Sequence record: DRR723986_11201
DNA length: 62,686 nt
Strand: one strand, 5' to 3'
Shown here one piece after another: positions 57,689 to 62,686 of this stretch. Both the position numbers and the translations under genes were made by a program. Under the pieces are notes generated by a model. It ran no database searches. It was not told where the DNA came from and worked only from the letters and a program-made list of their open reading frames with translations. Positions within the stretch are counted from its first letter, which is position 1, and each line of letters opens with the position of its first letter.

Positions 57689-58516
57689 ATGTCCGCAGCA
57701 AAATCAGACCCGGTGTGGGAACGCATCCTCGAGGAAACCCGCCGCCACGCGGCGGATGAACCCATCCTCGCCAGCTTCCTGCACGCGACGATACTCAATC
57801 ACAAGAAGCTGGAGCGTGCGCTCAGTTTTCACCTGGCTAACCAGCTGGACAGCGCGACCGCATCGTCCCTGCTGCTGCGCGAGGTCATGCTGGAAGCGTT
57901 CAAGTCCGACCCTGAAATCGGCCGCGCAGTGCGCGCCGACCTGTGCGCGGTACTGGAGCGCGACTCCGCCTGCCACGAGTTCTACATTCCTTTCCTGTAC
58001 TTCAAGGGCTTTCATGCGCTGGAGACCTACCGGGTGGCGCACTGGCTGTGGCAACAAGGGCGTGAATCCCTGGCCCTGTTCTTCCAGAACCGGATGTCCT
58101 GTGTGTACGGGGTCGACATCCATCCGGCGGCCCGCATGGGTCGCGGTATCATGCTGGACCACGCCACCGGGCTGGTTGTTGGCGAGACCGCGGTGGTTGG
58201 CGATAACGTCTCCATCCTCCAGTCGGTAACCCTGGGCGGTACCGGCAAGGACGAGGGCGACCGCCATCCAAAGATCGGCAATGGGGTACTGATCAGCGCT
58301 GGCGCCAAGATCCTGGGCAATATACGGGTTGGCGAGGGCGCCAAGGTAGGCGCCGGCAGCGTGGTGCTGGAGGAAGTCCCAGCACATACCACCGTGGCCG
58401 GGGTGCCGGCGAAAATTGTCGGCCGCCCGTCATCCGACCAGCCGGCGCTGGAGATGGAGCACGATTTCTGCTGCGACGAAGCCGCTGCGGAGGCCGAGAG
58501 CCGCTCCGCGGGTTAA
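57689..58516 (+). CDS. cysE: Serine O-acetyltransferase
   Basis: FKGFHAL, VDIHPAA, DHATG, TLGGTGK..GDRHPK. Confidence 0.96.
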   Translation: MSAAKSDPVWERILEETRRHAADEPILASFLHATILNHKKLERALSFHLANQLDSATASSLLLREVMLEAFKSDPEIGRAVRADLCAVLERDSACHEFYIPFLYFKGFHALETYRVAHWLWQQGRESLALFFQNRMSCVYGVDIHPAARMGRGIMLDHATGLVVGETAVVGDNVSILQSVTLGGTGKDEGDRHPKIGNGVLISAGAKILGNIRVGEGAKVGAGSVVLEEVPAHTTVAGVPAKIVGRPSSDQPALEMEHDFCCDEAAAEAESRSAG

Positions 58517-58519
58517 GCG

Positions 58520-59587
58520 TCAGCCCCCGTGATACTGCGGTGACAGTTCCTGCACGGCATCAACGAAAGCAGTAACGTGATCCGGGTTCACCCCCGGCGT
58601 GATACCGTGACCGAGGTTGAACACGTGGCCGCTACCATGGCCAAAGCCCGCCAGGATAGACCCGACCTCTTCCCGGATTCGCTCGGGCGAGGCAAATAAC
58701 ATCATCGGGTCCATATTGCCCTGCAGCGCCACGCTGTCACCCACCTGGGCGCGCGCGGTGCCAATATCGGTGGTCCAGTCGATGCCCACGGCCTGCGCAC
58801 CGCAGGCTGCAATTGCCGGCAGCCACTGGCCCCCGCCCTTGGTGAACACAATAACCGGCAGCTTACGACCTTCCGATTCCGTCGGCAGGCGGGCGATCAC
58901 CCGCTGCATGTACTTGAGGGAAAACTCCTTGTACCCGGCGGCACTCAGGCTGCCACCCCAGGTATCGAAGATCTGCACCGCCTGGGCGCCGGCGGCAACC
59001 TGGGCGGAAAGGTAGTCCGCCACCGCATCCGCCAGCAGCGACAGCAGGGCATGCATCAGCTCCGGCTGGTCATAGGCCATGGTTTTCACCTGGCTGAAAT
59101 CCTTGGAGGAGCCTCCTTCAACCATATAGGTCGCCAGGGTCCAGGGGCTGCCGGAGAACCCGATCAGGGGCACGCTGCCACCCAGTTCGCGGCGGATGGT
59201 CCGCACCGCATTCATCACGTAGCCCAGATCGTCCTCGGCGCGGATCGCGTTGAGTCCCGCGATGTCCGCCTCGCTGCGCACGGTCTTCTGGAAACGGGGA
59301 CCCTCCCCCTCTTCGAAGTACAGCCCGAGTCCCAGTGCATCCGGCACGGTCAGGATATCGGAGAACAGAATCGCAGCGTCCATCGGATAGCGCCGCAGGG
59401 GCTGGAGCGTGACCTCGCAGGCCAGCTCCGCGTTCTTGCACAGGTCGAGGAACGATCCCGCCTGCTGGCGGGTGGCGCGGTATTCCGGCAGGTAGCGACC
59501 CGCCTGGCGCATCATCCATATCGGCGTGCGGTCTACAGGCTGGCGCAGCAGCGCGCGAAGGAAGCGGTCGTTCTTTAGTTCGGTCAT
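58520..59587 (-). CDS. hemE: Uroporphyrinogen decarboxylase
   Basis: [40 protein letters not shown]. Confidence 0.97.
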   Translation of the reverse strand: MTELKNDRFLRALLRQPVDRTPIWMMRQAGRYLPEYRATRQQAGSFLDLCKNAELACEVTLQPLRRYPMDAAILFSDILTVPDALGLGLYFEEGEGPRFQKTVRSEADIAGLNAIRAEDDLGYVMNAVRTIRRELGGSVPLIGFSGSPWTLATYMVEGGSSKDFSQVKTMAYDQPELMHALLSLLADAVADYLSAQVAAGAQAVQIFDTWGGSLSAAGYKEFSLKYMQRVIARLPTESEGRKLPVIVFTKGGGQWLPAIAACGAQAVGIDWTTDIGTARAQVGDSVALQGNMDPMMLFASPERIREEVGSILAGFGHGSGHVFNLGHGITPGVNPDHVTAFVDAVQELSPQYHGG

Positions 59588-59690
59588 ACAGGAGCCTTGT
59601 TCCAGTTCTGTTCACAACACCCCGGGGAAAGTCAGGTAGCGCCGCAGCGGGTCGTCGCCTGACTGCCGTCGGGTCGTAGTTGCGGGCGAC

Positions 59691-62686
<2,996 letters not shown>

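Overview
GC-rich gammaproteobacterial chromosomal segment; gene content and style suggest a marine Halieaceae/OM60-NOR5-type organism (inference, not a database result). It holds ~55 CDS and one tRNA-Pro(CGG). I see no CRISPR array, rRNA, transposase, integrase or prophage. In order: partial Pro/Val/Thr-rich protein; serine hydrolase; orphan AT-richer 7TM sensor kinase; a lipid/steroid-type oxidative cluster (P450, SnoaL, KshA/Neverland-like Rieske oxygenase, CoA ligase, Ltp2-like aldolase + DUF35, TauD, class II aldolase) interrupted by a DUF3127 protein with an SSB-like tail; assorted hydrolases and a TonB receptor; a Yej/Opp-type peptide ABC operon; a 183-aa HNH nuclease; a MoxR/VWA (Bat-like) operon; gcvT; shikimate kinase; small proteins; puuA/puuB; a second TonB receptor; TPR-methyltransferase; tRNA-Pro; acyl-CoA dehydrogenase; comF-modABC-srkA; cysE; hemE; gltD; partial gltB. 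The two most interesting unexplained signals are non-coding. (1) A ~170-nt nested, rod-like structured RNA (31714-31884) ends at the ribosome-binding site of the small IshB-like HNH nuclease gene. (2) A perfect sigma54 promoter with a 14-bp palindromic upstream site drives a ~92-nt closed-stem RNA with AGGGAA loop motifs (40483-40574). All family calls come from motif recognition by eye; no searches were run.
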